Assembly (NCBI GenBank): GCA_951406725.2
Contig: OX597815.1
Coordinates: 96,224,001 to 96,288,000, forward strand
Origin: Octopus vulgaris
Lineage: Eukaryota
Direction: 5' to 3'
Length of the DNA: 64,000 bases
The translations under genes were made by a program, and so were the position numbers. Position 1 is the stretch's first letter; every line of letters starts with the position of its first letter. The notes under the pieces are model-generated. The model was not told where the DNA came from and made no database searches. It worked only from the letters and a program-made list of their open reading frames with translations. Below, piece by piece: positions 1 through 12,723 of the stretch.

Positions 1-663
1 ACATATCCGACCAATGTAAATAATGTAAATAAAGTACAGAATTCCTCTTCTCTAAAATATAGAACATGAATTATACAACATATGTACTTGCAAGAAGTGT
101 GGATAATAATGAGTCGTATGGCCTGAATGCTCACATGGATGTTCCCCAAAACAATAATGTAATGTCCAACAAGATGCGTCCATTGTTGTCACTTCTGTAC
201 AAAAGATGGAAACACCTTAGTAAACTAAAAAGCCTTATTTGTGCTCTTATTTAAAAAAAACAAACAAACAAATGATGGTATTACACCAAATCTGAATCGC
301 CGCCATACATGCATGCATTCGCGCATATATATTACGTATTATATTTTCGTAAGTCCCCTTTTTGTTCTCAGAGGCGAACACCTAAAGACATACTCTGCTA
401 TGCCACTATTTATATGTACCGATATAGAAAACGTTAGGTAAAATAGTCACTGTTGATGCGAATGTTATACATGCTAAAAATTAAACCATCATTTCCATTT
501 GAAAAAGTGTAGTTAAAAATAGCGATGTGGATGACATTTATGCAAATGGACAAGACTTGCTGTCATTTTTTGCCAAAGAATTTTCTCGAAGCCTCTTGTG
601 TAGTAAGAAGGTGAAACCTGCTCAGAATGTCTTCGGCATATAACTGTATACAATTATGTATAG

Positions 664-1046
664 TGGAGGTGCAACGGTCCAGTGGTTAGAGCAGAGGACT
701 GACAGTCGTAGGATATCGGTTTCCTTTCCCAGACCGGGCGTTGTGAGTGTTTATTGAGCGAAAACACCTATAGGTCTACGAGGTTTAGGCAGGGGCTGGT
801 AGCGTATCCCGCTGTACTCCTTTCACCACAGATTTCGCCCACACTTTCTTCCTGCTTATGCTGTACCTGTATTTCAAAGGGCCAGCCATTTCACACTCTG
901 TGTCACGCTGAATCCCCTCGAGAACTACGTTAAGGGTATACGTGCCTGTGGAGTGCTCAACCACATGCATGTTAATTTAACGAGCACGCTATTCCGTTGA
1001 TTGGATCAACAGGACCTCTTGTCGTTGCAACCGATAGATTGCCAAG
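664..1046 (+). mobile_element. tRNA-derived SINE, near full length, diverged
   Basis: GC-richer island with a tRNA-like head (degenerate A box 'cggtccagtggttag' and degenerate B box). Body motifs 'ttgtgagtgtttattgagcgaaaacacc' and 'gagaactacgttaagggta' match an abundant octopus SINE as I recall it. Confidence 0.8.
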
Positions 1047-1831
1047 TTGACAATTTTGTATGTATATGTTGGGTCATATGCGAATAGATTTGCATACGTG
1101 TGTATGTATGTGTGAGTGTGTTTAATATTATACACCCACCCCCTCTCTCTCTCTCACACACACAAACACACAAACACACACATGTATGTATATCTATTTA
1201 TACATGTGTACATTTATGCGTATATACAAATATATATATGCGTAAGCGTGCGTATGTAAGTAGGTACATAAATCTATATATATTTTAGTTAATTGTGTGT
1301 CGGCTTGTTGGAATAATATATTGACACCGAAAATTTTTCATCATATACCACGCAAAAAATCCAACTGTGAAATCGTTGAATTATTCTGATGTAAAACTTC
1401 AAATATAAATCTACCTACATCTGTATGCATACACTTACTCTTCTGTAACATAGTGCATTATAACACGCCATAACTTCCTTTCAAATTGAGTAGGTATCAA
1501 ACGTTCCGTTGTGAGAAGAAAAAGTTCCCATTTGAAATAAATTTAGATTGCATTTAAGGATAGGTGATATATTGTAATTCACAGTTTTCAAGTCGAACGC
1601 AGTAACAACGTAATAATAATTCCTTAAAGTTTCCCAATAGTAGAAAACAATTTAATATTTTAAACATTTTAAATATTATTACCAATTCAATTCATTGATT
1701 TGACACTTCTGAAAAATGAAATTTTGAGATTCTTTTCTTTTGCGGTGGATGAAATTTAGAGTTTAGCCCCTCTCAGCGGTGTGCGAGCTAGGATGTGTGA
1801 TCAAAGACGTTCTAACAGAAACCAACCCTTC

Positions 1832-1889
<58 letters not shown>

Positions 1890-1893
<4 letters not shown>

Positions 1894-2052
1894 ACTCTTT
1901 CACCCCAAATTTCTTCACCCTTTCTTCATGTTTCTTGAGTAACGCTGCGATTGGCTGGCGTCCCGTCCAGCTGCCGGGGAACACAAACGCCACAGAAACC
2001 GTGAAACCGAGCCTATGAGCCTTCCTAGGCTTGGAAATGGTGCATAAATAGA
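1890..2052 (+). mobile_element. SINE 3' half with V-domain-like core, 5' part replaced by (TA)n
   Basis: 'ctgcgattggctggcgtcccgtccag' resembles the V-SINE central domain. The start 'tgtactctttcacc' is shared with the SINE at 664-1046. Confidence 0.6.
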
Positions 2053-2065
2053 AACACGCTTATAT

Positions 2066-2123
<58 letters not shown>

Positions 2124-2394
2124 GTATGTATGTATGTATGTAATGTATGTGATGCAGATATAGTTATAGTGTAGAGCAGTCAGAAGCTTCTATAAATGAG
2201 AAATAAGTAAGCGTGGATAGCAGCGGATAAAGAATGTTTCGTAACTGGCGTCTCATATGAGAGTTTGGTAAGTTGAAATCTAACATTTGACAAACTCTTT
2301 ACAAGAAATATTTTCAAACATCTCAATATAAATATAAATCAAATAATTAAGGAATAGATAATGTAAATATAAACTACATACTTTTCAGCATTTA

Positions 2395-2430
<36 letters not shown>

Positions 2431-2440
2431 TGTATGTATG

Positions 2441-2497
<57 letters not shown>

Positions 2498-2699
2498 TAC
2501 ATAAATCGGAAGAGATACAAAAGTAATCAGCAAGTCCTCATGTCCAATTGCGTCCGGTTGATTACTTCGTCGCACAGAAAAGAGTGGATGTTTCCTTAAG
2601 TTGACTACAGGAAATCGATTGCTAGGATACCCTTAGTCAAACGACGTACAAGATTGTCAGCGGAGTAACAGCTCTGGAGGGTAAAACGGTAATGTATTT

Positions 2700-3500
2700 G
2701 TAGATGCGATTTATGTGGGGAAGAAGTGTTCTAGGTATAGGTGTAAGGGGACAAAAGAGATGAAGGAATGTGCGTAGGAATGCGCGTAGGAATTGGGCAA
2801 TAAGTTGTAGGAAGTGTAATGTTAAGTTGATGCTTCCACTGAGAATTTCTGCCAAAATAGTCCATTGTATTTGATATAGAAGGTTTGAATAGAAAAATAA
2901 GTCCACGTACTTGCATTCTGATTCAACACAGTTGCATCTTATTCAATATTTTATTATTCGCAGGGGTGATGTTCAAAATATGTGCATCATCCGTTCAATG
3001 TGTGTTTCTGAGTGATGGACTGAGAATAAGATTTTCAGAGCAAAGTTTAAGTGCATAAAAAAGACAAATGTAAGTTTGAAGTCTATTGTCATCCTGAAAT
3101 ATTCTGAGATGATAGCATGGCTTGTCAGAAAATTGGAAGTATTGAACTGTAGATATGACTGGAACAACATTAAGAAGCCAATAAATAGTTTGCAGATGTG
3201 ACTGGTTTTAACAAACGTAAACTTCAAGATTGGGTAAGTGTAAATAACAACATCAACAAGTTGATATTTAAAAAGAACAGAGCGCTTTTCGACCTTTCTC
3301 ACATGTGCCTCCTCCACAATAGAAACATTTTTTAAAGCTGAATTTACAAATTCACTTAAATATCTGACATATCATGTTCAGCAGCGGCTCAATCCAGTTG
3401 AGTTAGCTTGTGTTAATCTGCCTCCAACTCTATCAGCACGAAGTTATTCTACAGTCTTATTGATAAGGTAAGCGGAACTTCGTCTTCTCCATTACACACT
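2700..3500 (-). pseudogene. Degenerate retroelement ORF1-like sequence with possible SGNH esterase motifs
   Basis: Joining minus frames across frameshifts gives VDVVIYT..., AIISEYFR/DNRLQTYICLFYALKLCSENLILSPSLRNTH*TDDAHILN. This resembles SGNH blocks, including the terminal DxxH. Many stops. Confidence 0.35.
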
Positions 3501-5728
3501 AAAGATGGTAAATTTCTCATCAGGCAAAACAAAAGTAAAGATTCTGAGTAGGAGTAAGATTCTAAAGTGTGAAAGGAATTATGTGCAAGAGATAAGCAGA
3601 AAGGTTCAGTGCAAAATTAGTGGAAGCTAAAATATACTTTAGTTGTTTGGGGTAAGAAAATTAATGAACAGCATGGAAGGAGAACGAGAAATGCGATGGG
3701 GGTGAATGTAAATTATATAAACCGAAGGATGAAGAAAAGGAGAAAGAAATATAAGGAGAGGCGAAGGAGAAGACAATGAGAAAAATGAACAGGCGAGTTC
3801 AAATTGCGAAGAGAAGTTATATAATAGTTGCAAAAGCCGATGGAATAGACATGTCTGTATTGTAATGTAGAGCTGAAAATCTAATATTAGAAAGATGATA
3901 TATGTGCAAGTTACAATGTTTAAAGCGTTTACAACAGAAGAGAAGAAAAGGAGAAAATCTTGCCATTCCATGCCTGTCGAAAATTTAAAGATGGTGAAAT
4001 TGAAAATATCAGCAGAGAGAGAAATGTTAAACAAAATCAGCCCAAAGTGGGTTTAGTTTGAATACGTGGCTTGGAAATAGTGGTACAATTACATGGTGGA
4101 TGCAAAATAGCGTGAGAGAAGAACAACGTCAGACTGAAATTTATAGGTAAATGGCGGCAAATATGGGAAGAATAAGACGATAAATTGGGGGAACTAGTGT
4201 TTAAGTTAGAGAGCTGAAATATGTGTAGCTACGAAGGTGCAGAGGGAACAGAGTTCTGGGTGTGTGCTTGGTAGGGATGAGTGACTTTGAAAAAGTGTGT
4301 GGACAAGTATGTGTGTTGTTGACTCTCTTAGAAGCTATAATAATTTAGCTGTTACTGTGGAAAGCTTGGCACATTAAATATGCTCTCTGTTGCACAATTG
4401 AGAAAGCATTAAATTAAAGTAGCCTTTTATGTGGATTAATTAACCAATACCCGAAAGGCTTGATGCAACGGTTTTGTCAGAGAGCCGTATAACATCCGCT
4501 TCTAGATTCTAATTCAGTCCATTGTGATTTGTTTTGGTGTACGCTAACCTGTGCATTATTATGTTATTTAGTAACGAAACATATTTGAATAGAAAGAGTT
4601 CACGTTAAGACATAATGCGTGCTTCTTAGCTTGAGAGTATGTGTTTGTGTATTGGGCAATAGTGTGAGTGAATCATTGAATAGTTTTATGAATTGGTATC
4701 CTTGAGTGTCAGTTATATGGGTGTAAATATGAAACATACAGAATGAGAATATTTCGGAGCAATGATATAGCGAACATATTTTATCTTTCGATTTACAGAC
4801 ATAGTGGAGAGCTTTTTCTCTATAATATGATATGATAGGTTTACAATGGATGAAATCAATTCACAATGCGAAATGTCTAAACGAGATTTTGTTTTAAGAT
4901 GGAGTTAAATGTGATATAAAGTGGACGATTTTGTTTTATTCTTCGTTTGATTAGTAATAGATGAATTACCTAGTTTTTTACACAACATTATTACCATTAT
5001 ATCGTACATAGAATAGTATATTTACATTTCAAAACCTTTACATCTTTCTTGTATTTTTCAATTAAACAAGCTTTTGGAGCTCTGAATGGTCTTGCTGTTA
5101 GATTTTAATTCAGTAGCAGACCGCACGGTGTTACACCATAATTAGAATATCAGTTAACACAATCTCTGTTTCTACAATTGTTCATTAAATTTATTGTCAC
5201 AAGAATTAATAATACATATCTGACAGTAATTGTAATATATAACATAAAATTTATTCACAAAACTATCATTGGTAATTACATTTATTCCGCCATATAAACA
5301 AAAAAATACATATATTAATGTCTAAATCACTGCCGGGCTTCCATTCTGCATGGTTTGATAAAATATCAGTTCAACGGTTTTGAATTGTGTTATGAGAAAA
5401 AGGGATAGATGAATGAAAACAACTAAAGAAAATGAAACAATAAAGTATTATTGCAATGCAGATTATTCTCATCCATTTGTTATTGATTTCTTTTTATCAA
5501 AGAACTTTGATCATATTGATCAACAAATTTTTTGTTTGATGAACAAATTTACAAACACACATATTCATTAGTACACACACACACATATATATAGAAAGAG
5601 ACACACATATAGAAATATATTTTATTTATATTCATATGTAGGCATACACCCACGCATGCGTACACTCACAAACACCCCGAACCTATATATATATACATAT
5701 ACATATATATATATATGTTTGTGTGTGT

Positions 5729-5760
<32 letters not shown>

Positions 5761-6399
5761 AAACGTATGTATAAGTGCGTATAAATTGAGACGAATATAA
5801 TGTAGCTACAAAGACATACAGACAGACACACTCAAACAAATACACACATTCACATACGTATATATTTATGAAATCGGTGTAATCAAGTGAATATTATTAA
5901 ATTAAAATTGCAATCAACCTAACATACTAAATGTATACACACATTTAGATGCGATTGCACTATAAGATAAATCTTTGATAATATTGCTTTATAGATATGC
6001 TTTGTGAATAACAATATGTATTGGAATAATACGAAATTTAGCACAGCAGTTACTCTCGAGAACTTCAAACTAGCTTCGCCTTTGTTAAAATCTATTGATG
6101 TGATGCATTCAGTTTCACCGGTTTGAACGGCATTCGTGCTTTGTTATATATATATATGGGAAGGAGTTTATAAACCTTTACTGGTTTTGAGGAAGCTTGC
6201 TAGGCTGTAAACTCGGTATATGGAATTGAAAGAGCATTAAATTTTACTATAACTTTATTTCAATTTAGTTCACCTATTCTGTGTGGGTATTTATAATATG
6301 ATACACACATGGCGGTATACATAATATTGTTTGCTTTTATATCATTTTATATATATATATATATATAAAGAGTTTAACTGATGTTAAACTTTTGTTTTG

Positions 6400-7300
6400 G
6401 TAAGTGAAGTATTGTTAATACGCTTTTCAGCTGACGTCATATTTTTGAAAAATTTATACAGATAAGTTTCAGCGTGATCTCGTAGTTTCAGCTTGATCAC
6501 CTTCTTCACACTTTGATTTTGTTGGTTTCTTTTCGTTCTATATAACATTTGTGATGTTCTTTCTTGTCATAGATGTAGCTGTGTGGAAGATAATTAGGTC
6601 TGATGCAAAGAGACTGAAGAATCAGATATGTGAGGAGAACGTTGGAGAAAATTCGCAAGCATGTGTTTCTGTGTGGCGTGTAGGTTGATAGAAAGTTTTG
6701 GTTATTAGATTAAATTTAGATTGGAATGAGCATTTTTGTTGTTTAAGTTTGAAACAACGCTGAAAGTAAAGGTGTAAGTATATGAGTCAAATTTGGGTAG
6801 ATGCATTCTCTGCGTGAAAAAATTGATTTTCATGTGCCTTAGGTTTCCCAATTGATTGCTTATAATTTAATCAAATCGTTATAGATGCCATCGAGGTTGT
6901 ATTAACGTTTGTTTTACTGAATTCTATAAGAAACTTTAAATTGATATTTGTAATGTCCTGGATTAACCAACTGCGATGCTATTTTTATAGATACTATATT
7001 GTTGTAGACAAAGGCATATATGTACGTGTCCATTGTTACCTAAAATACCAGATGAATGCACCTCAAGCATTTTCCACACTTACGTCCATCTATAAAATGT
7101 CATGTATAAACATCTTCGCCCAGAGCGAAATGAGCGATAGGTAGAAGATTGAAAAGAGTGATGCCCGCGTAGGTAGTAGAGTAAGAGGTATGGTTATCAT
7201 AGGAAAGATTAAAGTAAACACGGAGTGGATGGAAACATTGAAATGCAGGCAGGAAGGATATTAGGATCGTCGCCGGGATATCAGGCTGAGAAGGAGACAC
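6400..7300 (-). mobile_element. Degenerate Penelope-like element 5' region and ORF N-terminus
   Basis: Minus frames give MASITI*LNYKQSIGK..HENQFF...LPKF, resembling PLE N-termini, downstream of a pyrimidine-rich leader. Confidence 0.4.
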
Positions 7301-7301
7301 A

Positions 7302-8451
7302 ACGATAAGAAATACGATAAGAAATAAATGTAATACTTACATGCGCCCATGGAAAAAAAAAGCCGAAGCAAAAGTCATGAGTAAACATAAGTACCCCAGA
7401 TATATCTAAATATAAAATCCTAGCCTCAGCACAAATGTGAACTGTTCCTCACTACAGCTTATAGTGGTTACCAGTCCCTATAGCAAATAGAAATAAATCT
7501 ATTACTAATATAGGATGAAGATTTTTACAGAAAATAATTTCAAAAAGTAGCAGCATATTAAAATATATTTAAATGTTAAAATTATAAACAACTTATAAAC
7601 AAGGGCAAAAGAAAATTATTTCCATGGCAATATGCAGATAACAGACATTTAAATCGTCAATTACCACATATTATATACCCACTACAGAAATACGTTGTGC
7701 TGAAATCGAGGAAGCTAGTCAACAGAATTTTTTTTTTTTAATTTTCGTTATTTCTATATTGAATCAATCTCGGAATTAATCTCATAGATTTTTTCCTCTT
7801 CAGCAAAAAATACGAATAGTAATAAATGAAATACTTACATGCGTCCATGGAAAAAAAAAACCGACGCAAAAGTCATGAGAACCCCTCCATTTCAGCACAA
7901 CGTATTTCTGTAGTAGGTATATAATATGTGGAAATTGACGATTTAAATGTCTGTTATCAGCATATTGGCATGGACATAATGTTCTTTTGCCCTTGTTTTA
8001 TAAGCTGTTTATAATTTTAATCTTCAAAGGTATTTTAAAATGCTGCCACTTTTTGATGAAATTATTTTCTGTAAAAATACTTCATCCAATATTAGTAGTA
8101 GATTTATTACTATTCGCTATAGGAACTGGTAATCAATATAAGCTGTAGTGGGGAACAGTTATATCTGGAATACTTATATGTACACATGACTTTTGCTTCG
8201 TTTTTTTCCCATGGGTACATCTAAGTACTTCATTTATTTCTTATATTTTCTACTGAAGAGGAAAAAAAAATCTATGAGATTAATTCCAAAATTGATTCAA
8301 TATAGAAATAACGAACTTTAAAAGAAATATTCTGTTGACTAGCTTCCTCGATTTCCTCACAACGTTTTTCTGCAGTGGGTATATAATATGTGGAAATTGA
8401 CGATTTAAAAGTCTATTATCAGCATATTGGAATGGAAATAATTTTCTTTTG

Positions 8452-8455
<4 letters not shown>
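7302..8455. repeat. ~460-bp unit: about 1.1 tandem copies, then about 1.2 copies inverted
   Basis: 'aatacttacatgcg' recurs at 7332 and 7830 (498 bp, including a ~37-bp insert). 'tatataatatgtggaaattgacg' recurs at 7918 and 8380 (462 bp). 7889-8455 is the reverse complement of the left block, with the junction at ~7880-7888. Confidence 0.9.
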
Positions 8456-8504
<49 letters not shown>

Positions 8505-8564
8505 TTTGCGTAATCGGATAAAAAACCAAGGCTGTATAGATATTAGAGCATTTATAGATAGAAG

Positions 8565-8616
8565 GTCTTACAGCTGTTTCTAGGATATTAATTAATAATA
8601 TCCCTTCATCGGAGAC
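8565..8616 (-). ncRNA. Minimal type-I hammerhead ribozyme-like motif in PLE terminal repeat
   Basis: Minus strand reads gtct-CCGATGA-a-gggatatta/ttaat/taatatcct-a-GAAAC-agct-GTA-agac: stem I, core with U4C, stem II, palindromic loop III, GUA triplet. Confidence 0.65.
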
Positions 8617-9728
8617 GGTGTGAGAGGAAAAAATAAGTCATAGCTTCGATGCGATACAAATAGAGAGTGAGGTGGAGGAAAGAAAATAGATGTAGGATAT
8701 GTATGGTTATTGAATTCGTAAATCCGTTTTATAGTCATAATGGTATATATGTGTAATATTCCAATATCCTTTGAGTAAAATCCAAAAGTCCAACAGAATT
8801 TAATATGAGTCTATCCAGATGTAGAGTTTATAAGCAATGTGAGATTATCTTACAGTTCGTCATTCCCAGTAGGGAATTTATATAGAGTGTAGCAGATTCA
8901 AGGTTTGTGTTTAAACTGACCTAGAAATAAGAAGTGTATTTGTATGGTCAAATTGAAAACAGGAAGAGAGGAATGACAAAAAGCGGGGAGAGATAAAGGA
9001 AGAGAGAAAGAAAAAATTCAAGAGACAGAAGAAAGAAGATTAGTAAAGACAAAAAATAAAATAAAGTATAAAACCCCTGAAGGTATGAATAAAGGGAATA
9101 AGGAAAGGATAAAAGAAAAATTAAGATATAGGTTGGTCAGTGGTCAGTGGAGATAGTTTGAAAGTAGGTGTGGGGATAGAGAGAGAAAGGTATTATAGTA
9201 TAAATGATAGAGGAATGGGGTGTTAAGAGATAGAGGAAGTACTAAGTGTAGTCGTAGCTTTTAATTGTGAGGCAAATATATGTAGAATTAAGAAGTAAGG
9301 AAATAGCAGTGTTAATTATTCTGAGAAAATATTTATGTGAAGATGTATATATCAGATTAATTACAGAGATAATTTACAAATGCAATCTTCGTGTATCATC
9401 GTTCCTACATATGCAGTTATCTATATTTTGCATGAGTATAAATTTTTATATATACCAACATGCATGCATACATGCATACCCTCACTCGTACATATATATA
9501 TATATACGCGCGCATGGGCGTGTGCGTCTAAATATGTAAAAGGATATAATCAGATGGTTGCATATGTGAGAAACTAGGTCGGGATTATGGGTTATAGTGT
9601 ATATTTATATGTTAATGGGATTGCGTAAGAATTATTGCTGAAATGTACGGTATCGTCGTTTTGGCATTTAGAATTTAAATGTGTGATAAAATCGGTGGTT
9701 GCATGTGCTTAATGCCTCGTTATGTTTA

Positions 9729-10085
9729 TTAAGCAGTGTTGGAGAGTTGTACTTTAATTTTTAATATTGCCTTCAGGCAATGTTTGCATATTGAGAGTTG
9801 ACCTGGGTAGGGAAGTCCTGAGTCTATTATGGACCATGATAGAGTATAAGGTATATTTGAATTTTTGAGATGATATATATGGTTGGCGAGTGTTGTAGAT
9901 TTACTATGTTTATCGTATCTAAAAGACTGGAGATGAGTGGCATATCGTTGCGTAAACTTTTTGGCTGATCCTATGTATATGGCTGCAGCGTCGTGTAATT
10001 GGTTAAGGACCATGCATTTGTAGATTACATTATATCTTCTGCAATGAGTTTGTAGCGGGCAGGTTGTTCCAGGACGGCAATTGCA
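9729..10085 (-). pseudogene. PLE GIY-YIG endonuclease domain
   Basis: In-frame CNCRPGTTCPLQTHCRRYNVIYKCMV...IYIGSAKKFTQRYATHLQSF...STTLANHIYHLK...WSII...CKHCLK, with VIY/YIG, the conserved R/H and flanking Cys motifs of Penelope EN. Confidence 0.9.
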
Positions 10086-10171
10086 ACTATATGAATTTTG
10101 AGGATCATGTTCGGTAACTGAGGATGTAGTATCATCAGAAGAGAAGTTATAGAAGAGAGTGAAAATTTCTG

Positions 10172-10172
<1 letters not shown>

Positions 10173-10247
<75 letters not shown>

Positions 10248-10339
10248 GTTCAGTAGTTTTATTTTTATAGCGTGCTCTCACTTCACTACCGAGCGCAGCT
10301 CTGTGTGCCTTGGGTATGTGCTGTGATTTGTTGTGATAC

Positions 10340-10430
<91 letters not shown>
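10173..10430 (-). mobile_element. (ATT)n tracts enclosing a ~90-bp 3'-UTR-only copy of the R4/Dong LINE (10248-10340)
   Basis: 10248-10340 is nearly identical to 11002-11092, the LINE 3' UTR. It is flanked by (ATT)n on both sides. Confidence 0.85.
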
Positions 10431-10988
10431 GAGTGAGAGAGCAGTGCATGCCATCAAAGTGACACTGGGGTAAAATATACGAAGCCCAGCATACCCATCA
10501 TGACTACCCGTCTGATAAGGGTACACCAGGCACATGCATCACAACCATATGTGCGCGACATGGTGATCTCATATCAAGATAAACAGCACATGACCTTGCA
10601 GGTGGGGCCCAGTTAGAATTTTCTTCAGGTCGAGTAGCCCATCCTGCTCAAAAGGTCCCTGAATAAGGGTTGCTTTAGGATGTTGAACGAAACACCCATG
10701 TTTCCAGAGGTGAATTATTCAAACTCCAAAGAATCCCTCTCAACACATGGCTATGATGTTCCCCCACTACTTCTGCTCGTGATCAGAGATGCACGTATTG
10801 TCAGCCACTAAGGGATATGCTCAACTGGTTACGGTCAAACAACTGACAAGCAAATCTGTGGTATTGAGCAGAATATTTGCTGTAGCCCTTCTTTTATACC
10901 AAGACAAAACAACGTACATAATGACACTTCCAATCAGTTAAGATCAGAAGCCATGAGAGCCACTGCCTGGTACTGCATCAGGGCATTT
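10431..10988. mobile_element. ~560-bp non-coding interspersed element inserted in (TAA)n
   Basis: Sharply bounded GC-richer block between ATT tracts with no recognisable ORF. I recall this sequence as a common octopus repeat beside TAA repeats. Confidence 0.65.
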
Positions 10989-11100
10989 ATTATTATTATT
11001 ATTCAGTAGTTTTATTTTTATAGCGTGCTTTCACTTCACTACCGAGCGCATCTCTGTGTGCCTTGGGTATGTGCTGTGATTTTTTGTGGTGCTCTGATGG

Positions 11101-12370
11101 TTATTGTATGGAAAGTGTTCTGCGTAGGATGTGTGCAGTGCCTAGTAGTGCAATTTTCTGTATGTTATATGTGTTTGTAAGTCCTGGTGTTTTTGTTATG
11201 TATTTGTCTGAATATTTTTTTATCATGCCTAATGCACCTACTATGATAGGAATTGTTTCTGTTTTCAGATTCCAAATTCTCGTTACCTCTATTTCCAGGT
11301 CTTTGTATTTTTGAGAGTTTCTCCATTTCTTTTAGAGACACGTTGTCATCAGCCGGTATTGATACATCAATTAGAAAGCATTTTTTTCTTCATGATCTCT
11401 GACAACTATATCTGGTCTGTTGGCCTTAATTTCTCTATCTGTGTGTATCGGCATATCCCAGAGTATGGTTGCTTTCTCGTTTTCTGTGACCTTTTCTGGT
11501 GTGTGCCTATACCATCTTTTTTCTGTTGTTATTCCATAATGTTGGCATAGCTTCCAATGTATGTAGGTTCCAACTCTGTCATGTCTGTGAATATATTCCT
11601 TCTTAGCCAGGACTGGGCAGCTAGAGATAATATGATTTATTGTTTCTTGTCCATCTCCACATATTCTGCAGTTACTTGTAATATTTCTTTTCATTACATG
11701 TTTTTGGTAATTTCTGGTGTGGAGGCTTTGGTCTTGTGCTGCAATTAAAAATCCCTCTGTTTCTACTTTGAGTCCTGAGCTTCTCAACCATTGCTGGGTT
11801 TTTTCTTTGTCTATTTCTTTTGCGTTTAGTTTAGTCCAGTATTTACCATGAAGGGGCTTTTCTTGCCATCGTTTTATCATGGTTCGTTGCTGTTCTATTT
11901 TTAGTTTGGTTTTCATTTGTTTTATAGCTTTTGTTGTTTCTTCATCTTCTTCTTCTTGATGTTTATTAGGTGATATGATTTCTTGTTTGTATTTGTCAGC
12001 TTCCTTAAATACTGAGAACAGTTTTCTGTTTTGCTCGTGTTTTGCCGCTATCTGGATCAGTTTTCCTTCCTTCTGAAGCAGATATTTTTGCAGTCCTATG
12101 GTGGTTATTTTATAGTAGTTTTCCAGCTGTATAAGGCCTCTACCACCTTCTATACGTTGTATATATAGTCTTTCTATGTCAGATTTTGGGTGATGCATCC
12201 TAGATCCTGTCATTATTTTTCTTGTTTTCCTATCTATTTTGGTCAGTTCATTTCGTGTCCAGTTAAGGATATAGTAGCTGTAACTTATAACTTGGACAGC
12301 TAAAGTGTTGATACCTATTACCTTGTTTTTAGCATTGAGCTCTGTGTTTAGTATTGATCTGACTCGTCTA
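11101..12370 (-). pseudogene. LINE ORF C-terminal part: post-RT region, CCHC zinc knuckle and RLE; one frameshift near 11380
   Basis: RLYIQRIEGGRGL; ETEGFLIAAQDQ; CRICGDGQETINHIISSC; YIHRHD; NRPDIVV. After the A-run frameshift: CFLIDVSIP..KEMEKLSKYKDL..PIIVGALG..LLGTAHILRRTL, with the stop at 11101-11103. Confidence 0.92.
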
Positions 12371-12645
12371 TTTAGTATTGATCTAACTCGTGTATAGTAT
12401 TGATCTAACTCGTCTATTTATTGATCTAACTCGTCTATTTAGTATTGATCTAACTCGTCTATAGTATTGATCTAACTCGTCTATAGTATTGATCTAACTC
12501 GTCTATAGTATTGATCTAACTCGTCTATTTATTGATCTAACTCGTCTATAGTATTGATCTAACTCGTCTATAGTATTGATCTAACTCGTCTATAGTATTG
12601 ATCTAACTCGTCTATAGTATTCATCTAACTCGTCTATAGTATTGA
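12349..12645. repeat. Minisatellite, 13 copies of 22-bp tagtattgatctaactcgtcta (21-24-bp variants)
   Basis: Counted directly. The reverse complement is the LINE's own coding sequence (RRVRSIL) at the truncation point. Confidence 0.95.

Positions 12646-12723
<78 letters not shown>

Larger units (their letters stand above)
11003..12645 (-). mobile_element. 5'-truncated R4/Dong-type non-LTR retrotransposon with restriction-like endonuclease
   Basis: See the coding entry. The 3' end runs into (TAA)n and the 5' end abuts (ATT)n at 12647-12720. Dong elements are known to target TAA repeats. Confidence 0.9.

Noticed and set aside
664-735. tRNA gene at SINE heads (also ~62620-62686)
   Set aside because: Degenerate boxes, no full cloverleaf, and continuous with SINE bodies.
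12349-12645. Regular 22-bp repeats as a CRISPR array
   Set aside because: No unique spacers, the unit derives from the adjacent LINE, the context is eukaryotic and there are no cas genes.
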